A stretch of DNA of 48,470 bases from Gammaproteobacteria bacterium (GCA_043738965.1 JAYUEZ010000052.1:1-48470); one strand, 5' to 3'; numbered from the stretch's first letter, positions 28,328-37,085 are shown. A program made the numbers and translations. The notes: generated by a model from the letters alone, not told the origin.

Positions 28328-29058
28328 TCGAGCCATCCGCCCGTGGCCTGCAGCGGGCGGCGCGATGCAGCGTCTTCGATCCATACCGCCAACGCACGGC
28401 GCGGTGTGGGCGCCGTCGGCACTGGAAGCGCCAGCCGTTTATCAAATTGCCGGTCATGGGCGTCCAGAGCGGTTTCGGTATCGGCCAAAACGACGAAATC
28501 ATGGCGTAATTGACGGCCAGCGTTTTCGCCACGCGCAATCGCGCTATTAATGCCACTCCCCAACACCGCGACGTGGACAATGAAATCGGTCCCGGGGATC
28601 AGCGGTCGCCACTGGATTTCGACTGCTGAGTTGATCATCCGCACCTCAAGATTCCCGACGTTCGCCGTCGCGCGCGGCAGCGTCGCGCCATCGAACCATC
28701 CCCGCCATTCGTGACCGTCGACGATAAATTCAGGCGTGTACACCCCGGCCGCGCTGTGTCCCGCCTGCGTGCGTTGCCGGTTACTGGCGGCATTTGATGC
28801 ATAACTATCCTGCCAGCCGAGGTCATCCCAATAGTCGACATGAAAGGCGACCGGCACGACCTCTTGCCACAGCCGCGAGTCATCGACCCAGGCCGAGAGC
28901 CAGCGATCAGCCGGTGGACAACTGCTACAGCCTTCCGAAGTATAGAGTTCGAGTAACGTGGTTTGAGTGGGGCCGGCGCGAAAACTAGCGGGCGCGGCCA
29001 GCGCCGCATCGCACGCCAGTCCGAGCAGCAGCAATAACACATCGGGGGTCAATCGCAT
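28324..29058 (-). CDS. DUF1223 domain-containing secreted protein (thioredoxin-like)
   Basis: A signal peptide is followed by LELYTSEGCSSCPPADRWL...VAFHVDYWDDLGWQD, the hallmark of DUF1223. Confidence 0.8.
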   Translation of the reverse strand: MRLTPDVLLLLLGLACDAALAAPASFRAGPTQTTLLELYTSEGCSSCPPADRWLSAWVDDSRLWQEVVPVAFHVDYWDDLGWQDSYASNAASNRQRTQAGHSAAGVYTPEFIVDGHEWRGWFDGATLPRATANVGNLEVRMINSAVEIQWRPLIPGTDFIVHVAVLGSGINSAIARGENAGRQLRHDFVVLADTETALDAHDRQFDKRLALPVPTAPTPRRALAVWIEDAASRRPLQATGGWLD

Positions 29059-29106
29059 CAGGGCCCTCGCAACCGTTCAAGCGCTGAGGCGGCAGCGAAA
29101 GGAACG

Positions 29107-31512
29107 CTACAGTTCGACGCCAATCTTGCCAGCAATTTCGTCGAGTAGCGAAAACACATTATTGGTGGCAGCCTGCTTGGCGGCCGCCGCGCGTTGTTTA
29201 ATACGTTCGGTTTGAGCCTGCTGGCGCGCGAGTTCCGCACGTTGTTCAGTTGAACCGTGGAAGCGTTCTTGTTCTTCGATCCATTCGTCGAGTTCGTGGT
29301 GCAGAAGCCGATCAAGTTCATTTTCCGAGCTGTAAGTGCGCTCCAGGCGTTGCGCGTTGCCGCGTTGTCGCTCGGCTGCGTTGGAGGTGGCAGTCTCGGC
29401 GTCAGACACCCCACGCGCCGCGTTCGCCACCCGCGTTTCGAGCATTTGTAAATGCGTACGTAAGTGAGTTTCGGTGGCCGCACTCGTGGTCTGACGCTCG
29501 CGCGCGACGGAAAGTTCACGCTCGGCGGCGTCACGCGCGGCTTCCGCGTTGGTTTTGGCCTGGCGCGCCACCGCCATTTCGGCGCGGATCCGTTCGGCTT
29601 CGGTGACGACGGCGGCACGCTCGGCCAGCAGGCTCTGTTGCAAGGTCGCGAGTTGTCGCTGCTGGGTCGCTTGATATTCCGCCATAATCCTGCGGGCTTC
29701 GTCCGCCGCGGCCTGGGAGGCCGCTTCGGCCGCCTGCTGTTCATGACGGACGCGCGCGATTTCGGCCGCGGAGCGCGCGAACTCAACCTCGAAGCGCTGC
29801 CGCTCACGCGCCAGTTCGGCGGTTAACGTGTCGCGGATTTGCTGTTCACGCTCCGCTATGGATTGTGCCTGGGCGTCTTCGCGCTTCTTGATTTCGCGCT
29901 CGAGCCGCTCGGCGGCGGCTAGGCGTTCACGGCTTTTCGACGATTCCAGTTCCAGTTCCTGCCACGCCTGATCCAAGGCCTTGCGCGTGTCGGTATGTTC
30001 CGCGTGCAATTGTTCAAGTCGCGCCGCTTGCTTGCGATAGACCTCCTCGAGGCGCTGTTCCTTTTCTTGCATGGCGTGCGCGATTTTGCGTTGCAATTCT
30101 TCGGCTTGTGCGTCCTGCGCCGTGCGCTGGCGCGTGGCTTCGGCCACTGCTGCGGCATGTTGGCGTTCGAGATCAGCCTTGAATTGCTGCGCTTCCGCCA
30201 ACTTGGTTTGGACCAGCGCAGCGGCTTTATCGATAGCGGCGCGCTCACCTTGCAAGCGCTGCTGTACATATTGTTCGGCGTCGCGTTTCGCGGCCGCCGC
30301 TTCAATCATCAAGCGCTGCGCCGTTTCGATTTGCAAGCGCGCGCGCTCGACGTCCGCCGCGAGCGACAGCGCCAGCGCTTCGGCGGCAACGAGTTCGTCG
30401 CGCGGGGCCGAGATGGTCGGCGCTGGCCTTGCGGCGACTGTGCGCGCCTGCTGCGCGCCGATTTCGTCGATCCCACCATTTTCGACGAAATACGCGTCAC
30501 AACCTTCTTCGGTTAACAGGAAGGCAGCAGCGGAACTGCGTCCACCGGTATCGCAATACGCAATATATTGGACGTCGCGGTCGATTCCCTTGAGTCGATT
30601 CCGCAACAAGCTGAGCGGTATGTTAATGCTGTTCGGTAGCCCGTTGGCACTATGTTCTTCTGGAAATCGCACGTCGAGCCAGCGCGCGCCAGCGGCGACC
30701 ATGGTGGTTGCCGTGGCGAGCGAAATCCCCTGGAGGACTGGGCGTTTGATGAGTTCAATGAAGTGCTCCTGAGTTAGACGGCCGAGTGCGCCGTCGGTCA
30801 GCATGCGCACCGTCGCGTTGCGCGTGGCGTTTGACACCAAGGCTTCTTCACCGAAGGTATCGCCAGGACCCAGCTCCGCCAAGCGAATTTCCTTTCCGAC
30901 TCGCGTGGCCCGGCACACTTCGCACGTTCCCGTCTGGATGACGTAGTAGTAATCGCCCGCCGCACCTTGCTGGATGATGACGTCGCCCGCCTTCACTTCG
31001 GTGGTTTCGAGGGTATCGATGAGGCGTTGGATATTGGACGGAGGGATTCGCGCGAATAACTCTGACTGGAGCAGGGTGGCTAACCAATCGTTGCTTCCAT
31101 CGGTCGTGTATTCTTCGATTTCGATGGCAGGTAAGGCCGCCAGCGCGCGCGCGTCGGTTCCGACGCTTAACAGCGTGTCGAGAACGCGACGATCGATCCG
31201 CAAGATCTGCGCATTGGTTACCGCCACGGCTGACATTTGGCGTGGCTGCAGCTGGGCCAGTGGATGAAACGACGTTGCCTCGCCACCGATGACTTTTTTG
31301 ATTAATTGGTCGCCCGCGACCATCTCCAATTCGCCGGCCAGCAAGTAAAACGAATAATGGTCGTTGTCCCCTTGCCGAAACAGGTACTCCTTGCGCCGCA
31401 ACGTCAGGATTTCCGCTGCCGCGAGCAATTGTTCCTGCTGCTTGGGTTGCAGATTGTTGATGGGAACCAACAATCCAAGACGTTCACGAAACGGGTTTTG
31501 AGCCTCTGCCAT
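29107..31512 (-). CDS. Tandem cyclic-nucleotide-binding + rhodanese + long coiled-coil protein (paralog A, 801 aa)
   Basis: The first cNMP-like domain looks degenerate (HPLAQLQPRQMSAVAV). The second has a PBC-like FGEEALVSNATRNATV. A rhodanese domain follows (WLDVRFPEEH...YIAYCDTGGRSS), then about 450 aa of A/E/R/Q-rich heptad-like sequence. Confidence 0.85.
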   Translation of the reverse strand: MAEAQNPFRERLGLLVPINNLQPKQQEQLLAAAEILTLRRKEYLFRQGDNDHYSFYLLAGELEMVAGDQLIKKVIGGEATSFHPLAQLQPRQMSAVAVTNAQILRIDRRVLDTLLSVGTDARALAALPAIEIEEYTTDGSNDWLATLLQSELFARIPPSNIQRLIDTLETTEVKAGDVIIQQGAAGDYYYVIQTGTCEVCRATRVGKEIRLAELGPGDTFGEEALVSNATRNATVRMLTDGALGRLTQEHFIELIKRPVLQGISLATATTMVAAGARWLDVRFPEEHSANGLPNSINIPLSLLRNRLKGIDRDVQYIAYCDTGGRSSAAAFLLTEEGCDAYFVENGGIDEIGAQQARTVAARPAPTISAPRDELVAAEALALSLAADVERARLQIETAQRLMIEAAAAKRDAEQYVQQRLQGERAAIDKAAALVQTKLAEAQQFKADLERQHAAAVAEATRQRTAQDAQAEELQRKIAHAMQEKEQRLEEVYRKQAARLEQLHAEHTDTRKALDQAWQELELESSKSRERLAAAERLEREIKKREDAQAQSIAEREQQIRDTLTAELARERQRFEVEFARSAAEIARVRHEQQAAEAASQAAADEARRIMAEYQATQQRQLATLQQSLLAERAAVVTEAERIRAEMAVARQAKTNAEAARDAAERELSVARERQTTSAATETHLRTHLQMLETRVANAARGVSDAETATSNAAERQRGNAQRLERTYSSENELDRLLHHELDEWIEEQERFHGSTEQRAELARQQAQTERIKQRAAAAKQAATNNVFSLLDEIAGKIGVEL

Positions 31513-31516
31513 GAGT

Positions 31517-31720
31517 TTAAGCGTCGAGATCAGGGATGAGTGCGCTCTTCAGTCGGGTGATCTGATCTTTAAGCTGCAATTTGCGCTTCTTCAGCCGTTT
31601 TATGAGCAATTCGTTTAGCGGTGCGGAATCGTTAAGGCGATGCACAATTTCGTCGAGATCCCGATGCTCGACTTGCAGCTCAAAAAGCCGGCGTTCGAGT
31701 GATTTTTTCCCGCCGTCCAC
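31517..31720 (-). CDS. DUF465 (YdcH-like) small coiled-coil protein
   Basis: The sequence LERRLFELQVEHRDLDEIVHRLNDSAPLNELLIKRLKKRKLQLKDQITRLKS is typical of DUF465. I chose the GTG at 31720, which is preceded by a G-rich SD (AAGGGTGGGG). The stop lies 4 nt before the paralog A ATG. Confidence 0.7.
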   Translation of the reverse strand: MDGGKKSLERRLFELQVEHRDLDEIVHRLNDSAPLNELLIKRLKKRKLQLKDQITRLKSALIPDLDA

Positions 31721-32137
31721 TACCCCACCCTTATATCGCCGAGTCCAGTTCACAGGTGCCGTTGACGTCCAAATTCTACGCCTAACGAACCAAAAATGCG
31801 GCACTAATCCGCGCGACTACCCGCTCAGGGTCAAATTCCGCTGGGCACCGCGAGTTCGGTAGGTATAATCAAACGCATCGATACGGGCCCTCAATGGCAT
31901 ACGGAATCTGCCGCGGGTACTGCCAATTCGCTATTTGTGACGCAACGGACATTTTTGTTGCTGAATCAAATGCCCCAAACGCCGATACCCGGTCCGCATC
32001 AGCCTAGTCGTGTGCCTAGGGCGAGGATCATAGAGAATGCGTGACCGCTATCACAAACACCTAGGTCTGGTCCTGCGCCACGCGATTTGGCTTGCTTTAA
32101 TTCGATCCTGTGAGAACGCACCTGCCCCACTTCGCCG

Positions 32138-35100
32138 ATGGAAATTATGTCGTCCGCACCTGACATGACGGCACCCGTGTCGCTCGAAAAACGCTTTGCC
32201 GCGGTTTTGCGCATGCTCGTTCCACTGAACGGGTTGTCGGTACCGCGGCGGCAGCAACTGTTCACGCAAGCCGACGTGCTACCAATCCGGCGCGGCAGTT
32301 ATGTCTTCCATGAAGGGGACAAGGACAGTTATACGTTCTTTTTACTCGAAGGCCATCTCGAACTCTTTTCGGGCCAGCAGTTAGTCAAGAAAATCACCGG
32401 CGGTACGGCGGACGCGGTGCATCCGTTGGCCCAGCTGCAGCCGCGTCAGTTGTCGGCGCGGGCGGTGAGTGATTCGAATGTCCTCCGCGTGAGCCGCGAT
32501 CTACTGGATAAATTGCTCGCGCTCGATGGCGCGGGTGAACCGCGCGACGTGCGTGTCAATGATATCGGCGCCGAGGATGATGCGGATTGGATGACGCGCA
32601 TGCTGCAGTCCGAACTATTCGGACGCGTGCCGGCGGCCAACATCCAACGGATTTTTTCGAGCCTTGAGCCGATTGAATTTAAGTCCGGCGACATCGTCGT
32701 TCGTCAGGGCGACCTCGGTGACTACTACTACGTGATCCAATACGGTCGTTGCCAGGTGAGTCGACAAATTGCCTCCGGCAAAATGCCGATCAAACTCGCT
32801 GAATTGGGGCCCGGCGATACTTTCGGCGAGGAAGCCCTGGTCGCCGACGCCAAACGCAACGCGACCGTGGTGATGTTGACCAATGGCACGCTAATGCGAC
32901 TGACAAAATCCGACTTTGTCGAGCTCATTAAAAAGCCATTACTAAGCGATATCAGTCATCAAGAAGCCATGCGCCTGGTCGATCAGCATGGCGCGTTGTG
33001 GCTCGACGTGCGCTTCCCTGAAGAACACAAACAGGGCAATTTGGAAGGCAGCCTGAACCTGCCGCTCAATACCTTGCGCATGCATGCGGAGCGACTCGAT
33101 CACGATAAGGTCTATATCGTGTGTTGCGACACCGGCTCGCGGAGTTCGGTCGGTGCTTTCCTGTTGTCGGAACGCGGATTTGATGTGCACTTTTTAGCGG
33201 GTGGCTTGAATCGCTATGGCCTGGTCAAACTCGCCGCGTCGCCACCAGCGGCACGTAAACCCGAGCTCAAGGTCGCCCAAGTAACGACTATGCCGGTGAG
33301 CGCCACCGTGCCGGCCTCGCAGCGCTCCGACGCCGAACGCCGTAGCAGCGGGCTCGCGGAGCAGGATTTTGACAACGAATCAATCGAAGCTGACCTGCGC
33401 GCGCAATCGCTGAAAGCGGAACTCGCGAAAGCCAACATCCAACTTGACGAAGCGCGGAAGCTCAAAGAACAAGCCGAACAGGCACGCCAAGAATCGACCA
33501 AGGTTGCCGCCGCGCAACTCGACGCCGAGCGCACGCGTCTCGGACAAGAAGCAACCAAGGCGCGACGAACCTGGGAGGAAGCGCAGCGCCTCAAGAGTGA
33601 GCTAGAACAGGCCAAGCAGGTGGCGCAACAAGCCGCGACACGGGCACGCAGCGAAGAGCAGGCCGAGCTGCTCGAAGCCAATCGCAAGCTCGAAGAAGCG
33701 CAACGCATCAAACAAGAGGTCGAAGCCGCGCGCGCGCAAATGGAGGTAGAGCTGCGCGAGCGAATTGCCGCCGAACAAGCGAAATTCGCCGCCGACGCAG
33801 AACGCGCGCGCCTGGAATACGAAACGCGCGCGCGTGAGCTAGCCGCCGCACAGGACCACCAGCGGCGCCAGGACGAAGCGCAACGTTTCAAGGAAGAGAC
33901 GGCGGCGGCGCGGGCGCAAATGGAGGTAGAGCTGCGCGAACGGATTGCCGTCGAACAGGACAAACTCGCGATCGATGTGGAACGTGCGCGAAGCGAACTC
34001 GAAACGCGCGCGCGTGAATTAGCTGAAGAGCAATTAGCACGACGGCGAATTGAAGAAATCGAACGGCAGAATGAAGGCGCGGCCGCGCTGCGCGCGCGAA
34101 TGGATATTGAGATCCGTGAGCGCGTCGCCGCGGAGCAGGCAAGAATGGCGGCAGAGGCCGATCACGCACGGTCGACCGCGGCAAGCACTACACGTGATGA
34201 AGAATTGGCCGATCTGCACGAAGTAGTGCGTAAATTGGAGGAAGCACAGCGGTTCAAAGAGGAAGCCGAGGCCGGGCGCGCGAAATTAGATCTTGAATTA
34301 CGTGAGCGGCTCGCGGCGGAGCAAGCCCAACTAGTCGCGGATTCCGCACAAGCACGCCAGGCCCTAGAGGATGAGGCGCGTCGTTTGCGCGCCGAACTTG
34401 AGACGCGGCAGCACGACATCGAAGCGACGTACGCGGCGCGTCTGCGCGCGCATGAGGCCATGGAAGCGGAGCTCGCGGCGCGGCGCCAGGTGGAAGCGTT
34501 GCAGCTTCGCGAAGAAGCCGACCGCGCGCGACTCGAACTCGAAGCCGCGTCCGAAGCCCGCCTACGCGAAGAGCAAGCCAAACTTGAAGCCGAAGCCGCG
34601 CGCACGCGCGCAGCGTGGGAAGACGCGCAACGCCTCAAGGCGCAATTGGAACTCGAAAAGCGCGAAGCAGAAAGTGAAGCCGTGTTACGGCGCGAACGCG
34701 AACAGGCTGGCCTGCAAGCCGCCAACGCGCGAATCGAAGAGGCGGAGCGCATGCGTCAGGAAGCCGAGGCGGCGCGCTCGCGCCTGGAAGCCGAGGCCGC
34801 GCAAAAACTTGCCGAAGAGCAAGAGCGTCTCGCGGCGGAAGCCGCGCGCGCACAACGCACGTGGGAGGAAGCGCAACGTCTCAAGGAGCAAATAGAAATC
34901 GAGAAGCGCAACGCGGAACAGGAAGCCGCGCTGCGCCATCAGGCCGAAGAAGAGCGCATTCAGGCGATGCGTGAGGACGCCGAGCGACGCCTACGCCAAG
35001 AAGAGAAAAAGCTCGAAGAAAGTTACGCGTGGCAGGCGGAAGAACTAGCGCGCCTGCAGCGCATGAAGGAAACCGCTGAGTTGCAGCTGGCGGACGAGCG

Positions 35101-35986
35101 TGACCGCCTGAAAGCCGAGTCTAACGAGGCCATGCTGCGTCTCGCCGAGGCCAAACAACTGCAAGTCGAGCTCGAACAAGCCCGCATCGCCAGCGCTGAA
35201 GAGGCCGAGCTTCGCCAGCAGCGCCAACTTGAAATCGAACGCAAATTACGCGACGAAATTCAAGCCAAGGTTGATGGCGAACGGCGCAAGCTCGAAGCTG
35301 AATTCGCGCGGAATGCCGAGGAGCTAGAGCGCGCGCGTCGTGAGAAAGCGGCCGCCGAAGCCGCACGGAGCGCGGCCGCCGAGGAAGCCGAACGGATCAT
35401 CGAGGAGTACAAGCAAACGCATCAACAAGTGCGCGCGCGCGAGGAAGAGAACCTCCGCGCCGAGCGCGCGCGTCTCGAGTCCGAAGCCGCGGCCTTGCGC
35501 GCTGCGTTGGGCGATGCGCAAAACGCGCGCGAGCAGGCGGTCACGGTGCAGCAGCGCCTGGAGCATCAGCTCCGGGAATTGGCAAGCGCGCGCGCGAAAG
35601 ACAGTGATTCACATAGCGCGCGTGAAGCCGAGTTAGCCTCTGATATCGCCGCCATCGAGGTTGAAGTCAGCGCGGCGCGCGCCAAGGCGTCCGCGGCCGA
35701 GGCGGCGCACTTGATGGTGCAACAAGCAGCGACCCGTAATCAGGAAAATCTCGCGCAGCATCGGCAGGACGAGGCAACAACGCGCGGGCGCTTTGAACAG
35801 GAGATTTCGGCGTGGTTACGCGAACAGGAATCCGCGCACGCGAGCCGGGCATCAAGCCAAGCCTTTGCCAATCAAAAAGCGCATCTCGAGCGAATCAAAC
35901 AACGCGCACAGGCGGCACGAGTCGCCGCCAAGCACCATGACCAAACATTGATCGAGGAGCTGGCAGCGCGCTTGAAGGACGAATAG
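32138..35986 (+). CDS. Tandem cyclic-nucleotide-binding + rhodanese + very long repetitive coiled-coil protein (paralog B, up to 1282 aa)
   Basis: The N-terminal ~390 aa are colinear with paralog A (HPLAQLQPRQLSARAV; FGEEALVADAKRNATV; WLDVRFPEEH...YIVCCDTGSRSS). About 880 aa of E/A/R/Q coiled coil follow. The C-terminal block LERIKQRAQAARVAA is shared with A (ERIKQRAAAAKQAA). The start could be ATG 32138, 32147 or 32165. Confidence 0.85.
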   Translation: MEIMSSAPDMTAPVSLEKRFAAVLRMLVPLNGLSVPRRQQLFTQADVLPIRRGSYVFHEGDKDSYTFFLLEGHLELFSGQQLVKKITGGTADAVHPLAQLQPRQLSARAVSDSNVLRVSRDLLDKLLALDGAGEPRDVRVNDIGAEDDADWMTRMLQSELFGRVPAANIQRIFSSLEPIEFKSGDIVVRQGDLGDYYYVIQYGRCQVSRQIASGKMPIKLAELGPGDTFGEEALVADAKRNATVVMLTNGTLMRLTKSDFVELIKKPLLSDISHQEAMRLVDQHGALWLDVRFPEEHKQGNLEGSLNLPLNTLRMHAERLDHDKVYIVCCDTGSRSSVGAFLLSERGFDVHFLAGGLNRYGLVKLAASPPAARKPELKVAQVTTMPVSATVPASQRSDAERRSSGLAEQDFDNESIEADLRAQSLKAELAKANIQLDEARKLKEQAEQARQESTKVAAAQLDAERTRLGQEATKARRTWEEAQRLKSELEQAKQVAQQAATRARSEEQAELLEANRKLEEAQRIKQEVEAARAQMEVELRERIAAEQAKFAADAERARLEYETRARELAAAQDHQRRQDEAQRFKEETAAARAQMEVELRERIAVEQDKLAIDVERARSELETRARELAEEQLARRRIEEIERQNEGAAALRARMDIEIRERVAAEQARMAAEADHARSTAASTTRDEELADLHEVVRKLEEAQRFKEEAEAGRAKLDLELRERLAAEQAQLVADSAQARQALEDEARRLRAELETRQHDIEATYAARLRAHEAMEAELAARRQVEALQLREEADRARLELEAASEARLREEQAKLEAEAARTRAAWEDAQRLKAQLELEKREAESEAVLRREREQAGLQAANARIEEAERMRQEAEAARSRLEAEAAQKLAEEQERLAAEAARAQRTWEEAQRLKEQIEIEKRNAEQEAALRHQAEEERIQAMREDAERRLRQEEKKLEESYAWQAEELARLQRMKETAELQLADERDRLKAESNEAMLRLAEAKQLQVELEQARIASAEEAELRQQRQLEIERKLRDEIQAKVDGERRKLEAEFARNAEELERARREKAAAEAARSAAAEEAERIIEEYKQTHQQVRAREEENLRAERARLESEAAALRAALGDAQNAREQAVTVQQRLEHQLRELASARAKDSDSHSAREAELASDIAAIEVEVSAARAKASAAEAAHLMVQQAATRNQENLAQHRQDEATTRGRFEQEISAWLREQESAHASRASSQAFANQKAHLERIKQRAQAARVAAKHHDQTLIEELAARLKDE
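33692..34417 (+). repeat. In-frame tandem repeats of about 180 bp (60 aa) inside paralog B
   Basis: Units begin at 33692, 33872, 34052 and 34238. The 26-mer GCGCAAATGGAGGTAGAGCTGCGCGA occurs at 33734 and again at 33914, exactly 180 bp apart. GAAACGCGCGCGCGTGA is also shared between units 1 and 2. Confidence 0.8.
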
Positions 35987-36013
35987 CTCCTGTCGTAACC
36001 CCGTATCGCGCGG

Positions 36014-36358
36014 TCAACGAATCGCACCCGATGACGGGTCGATGAAAATCGCTCCGTTCGGATGCGCCAGGCGCGCCCAAATCAGGGCTAAACCACGCAA
36101 GGTGATTTCGCCCCGGCGGCGATCGGCGCCGTCGGTGCTAAATTCAAATTCGTAACGACGCTCGATTGCCGGGCCGTCGACCCAACGCAGCCGCATACCG
36201 CGCAACGCTACCGAATCATCGAGCCGTTGTAGGCCAAGGTCGCGACAAAGTTCAGTGCTGATGACGAGCACGCGTTCGCGTCCGAGCACGCTCCAATGCC
36301 AAATACCCGCTGCGCCGAGTAACAAAGCGATGAGGGTGACCGCATCAGACATCGTCAA
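36014..36358 (-). CDS. DUF3301-like small membrane protein
   Basis: The 114 aa ORF has an N-terminal TM segment (AVTLIALLLGAAGIWHW), then ...LQRLDDSVALRGMRLRW...YEFEF, which fits my recollection of DUF3301. Confidence 0.7.
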   Translation of the reverse strand: MTMSDAVTLIALLLGAAGIWHWSVLGRERVLVISTELCRDLGLQRLDDSVALRGMRLRWVDGPAIERRYEFEFSTDGADRRRGEITLRGLALIWARLAHPNGAIFIDPSSGAIR

Positions 36359-36542
36359 GCCGCGTCGCCCGAAAATCCGTTAACGCATCGTCTTCCACCG
36401 CGTAGCGTAGCGCGATAGGACAGCAGCAGACCTCGCAATCTTCAATGTATTCTTGCGCGTTTTCCGAGAGATCGAGCACGCACGAGATCGAGGCGTCGCA
36501 ATACGGGCAGTGATAAAAATGCTCGGTCTCGAAACGATTCAT
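36345..36542 (-). CDS. CPXCG-motif cysteine-rich protein
   Basis: The 65 aa ORF contains FYHCPYCDASISCVLD...IEDCEVCCCPI. It overlaps the downstream gene start. Confidence 0.8.
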   Translation of the reverse strand: MNRFETEHFYHCPYCDASISCVLDLSENAQEYIEDCEVCCCPIALRYAVEDDALTDFRATRLDDV

Positions 36543-36602
36543 TGAAGAGGCGGCGCGACCTAAGGGTTCGAAAGAATAAATGGTCGTTGGCGCGCAATGA
36601 GC

Positions 36603-37085
36603 CTAGTCACGGAAATTTGTGAATTGCAACGGCAGCCCTAGCGCGGCGCCGCGCAAACTTGCCATCACGGCCTGTAAATCATCACGCTTCTTACCCGTGA
36701 CTCTCACTTGTTCGTCTTGAATTTGTGCTTGGACCTTGAGTTGTCCGTCTTTGATGAACTTGATGATTTTTTTGCCGGCTTCTTTATCAATGCCATGACG
36801 CGCGGTCAGCGTTTGTCGCGCTTCGCTCAGTGATTGCGACAGCGCGTCTTCTTCCAGGCATGCGACATCGATGCCGCGCTTGGCGATCTTGCCGCGCAAG
36901 ATCTCGATTACCTGTTTTACCTGGAACTCCGACTGCGCGATGATGGTCATGCGATGCGCGTCTTGCTCAATCTCGGTGCCGGTCCCTTTGAAATCGAACC
37001 GATTGGCGATTTCGCGCTTGGCTTGGTCAACGGCATTCGTCAGCTCATGTAGATTTACTTCCGAAACTACATCGAACGATGGCAT
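36603..37085 (-). CDS. yajQ: YajQ-family (UPF0234) nucleotide / c-di-GMP-binding protein
   Basis: The internal ATG at 37085 gives a 160 aa protein, MPSFDVVSEVNLHELTNAVDQAKREIANRFDFKG...KKRDDLQAVMA..LPLQFTNFRD. The tracked ORF adds an 85 aa N-terminal extension that looks spurious. Confidence 0.9.
   Translation of the reverse strand: MPSFDVVSEVNLHELTNAVDQAKREIANRFDFKGTGTEIEQDAHRMTIIAQSEFQVKQVIEILRGKIAKRGIDVACLEEDALSQSLSEARQTLTARHGIDKEAGKKIIKFIKDGQLKVQAQIQDEQVRVTGKKRDDLQAVMASLRGAALGLPLQFTNFRD

Noticed and set aside
29058-30772. Alternate-frame ORFs overlapping paralog A (29058..29807 minus, 249 aa; 30071..30772 plus, 233 aa)
   Set aside because: This is the same compositional artefact. The translations are Arg/Pro/Ser-rich with no motifs, and they lie entirely within a well-supported CDS.
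33214-34752. Long antisense and alternate-frame ORFs inside paralog B (for example 33214..33963 minus, 249 aa; 34162..34752 minus, 196 aa; 34371..34895 plus, 174 aa)
   Set aside because: Their translations are low-complexity runs rich in Ala, Arg, Ser and Cys. Such ORFs are expected on the reverse and shifted frames of GC-rich GAG/GCG/CGC-repeat coding DNA. The sense frame has clear domain and heptad structure.
36543-36602. A GGTTCGAAA T-loop-like motif that might suggest a tRNA
   Set aside because: The flanking sequence cannot form an acceptor, D or anticodon stem. I found no other tRNA-like cloverleaf in the window.
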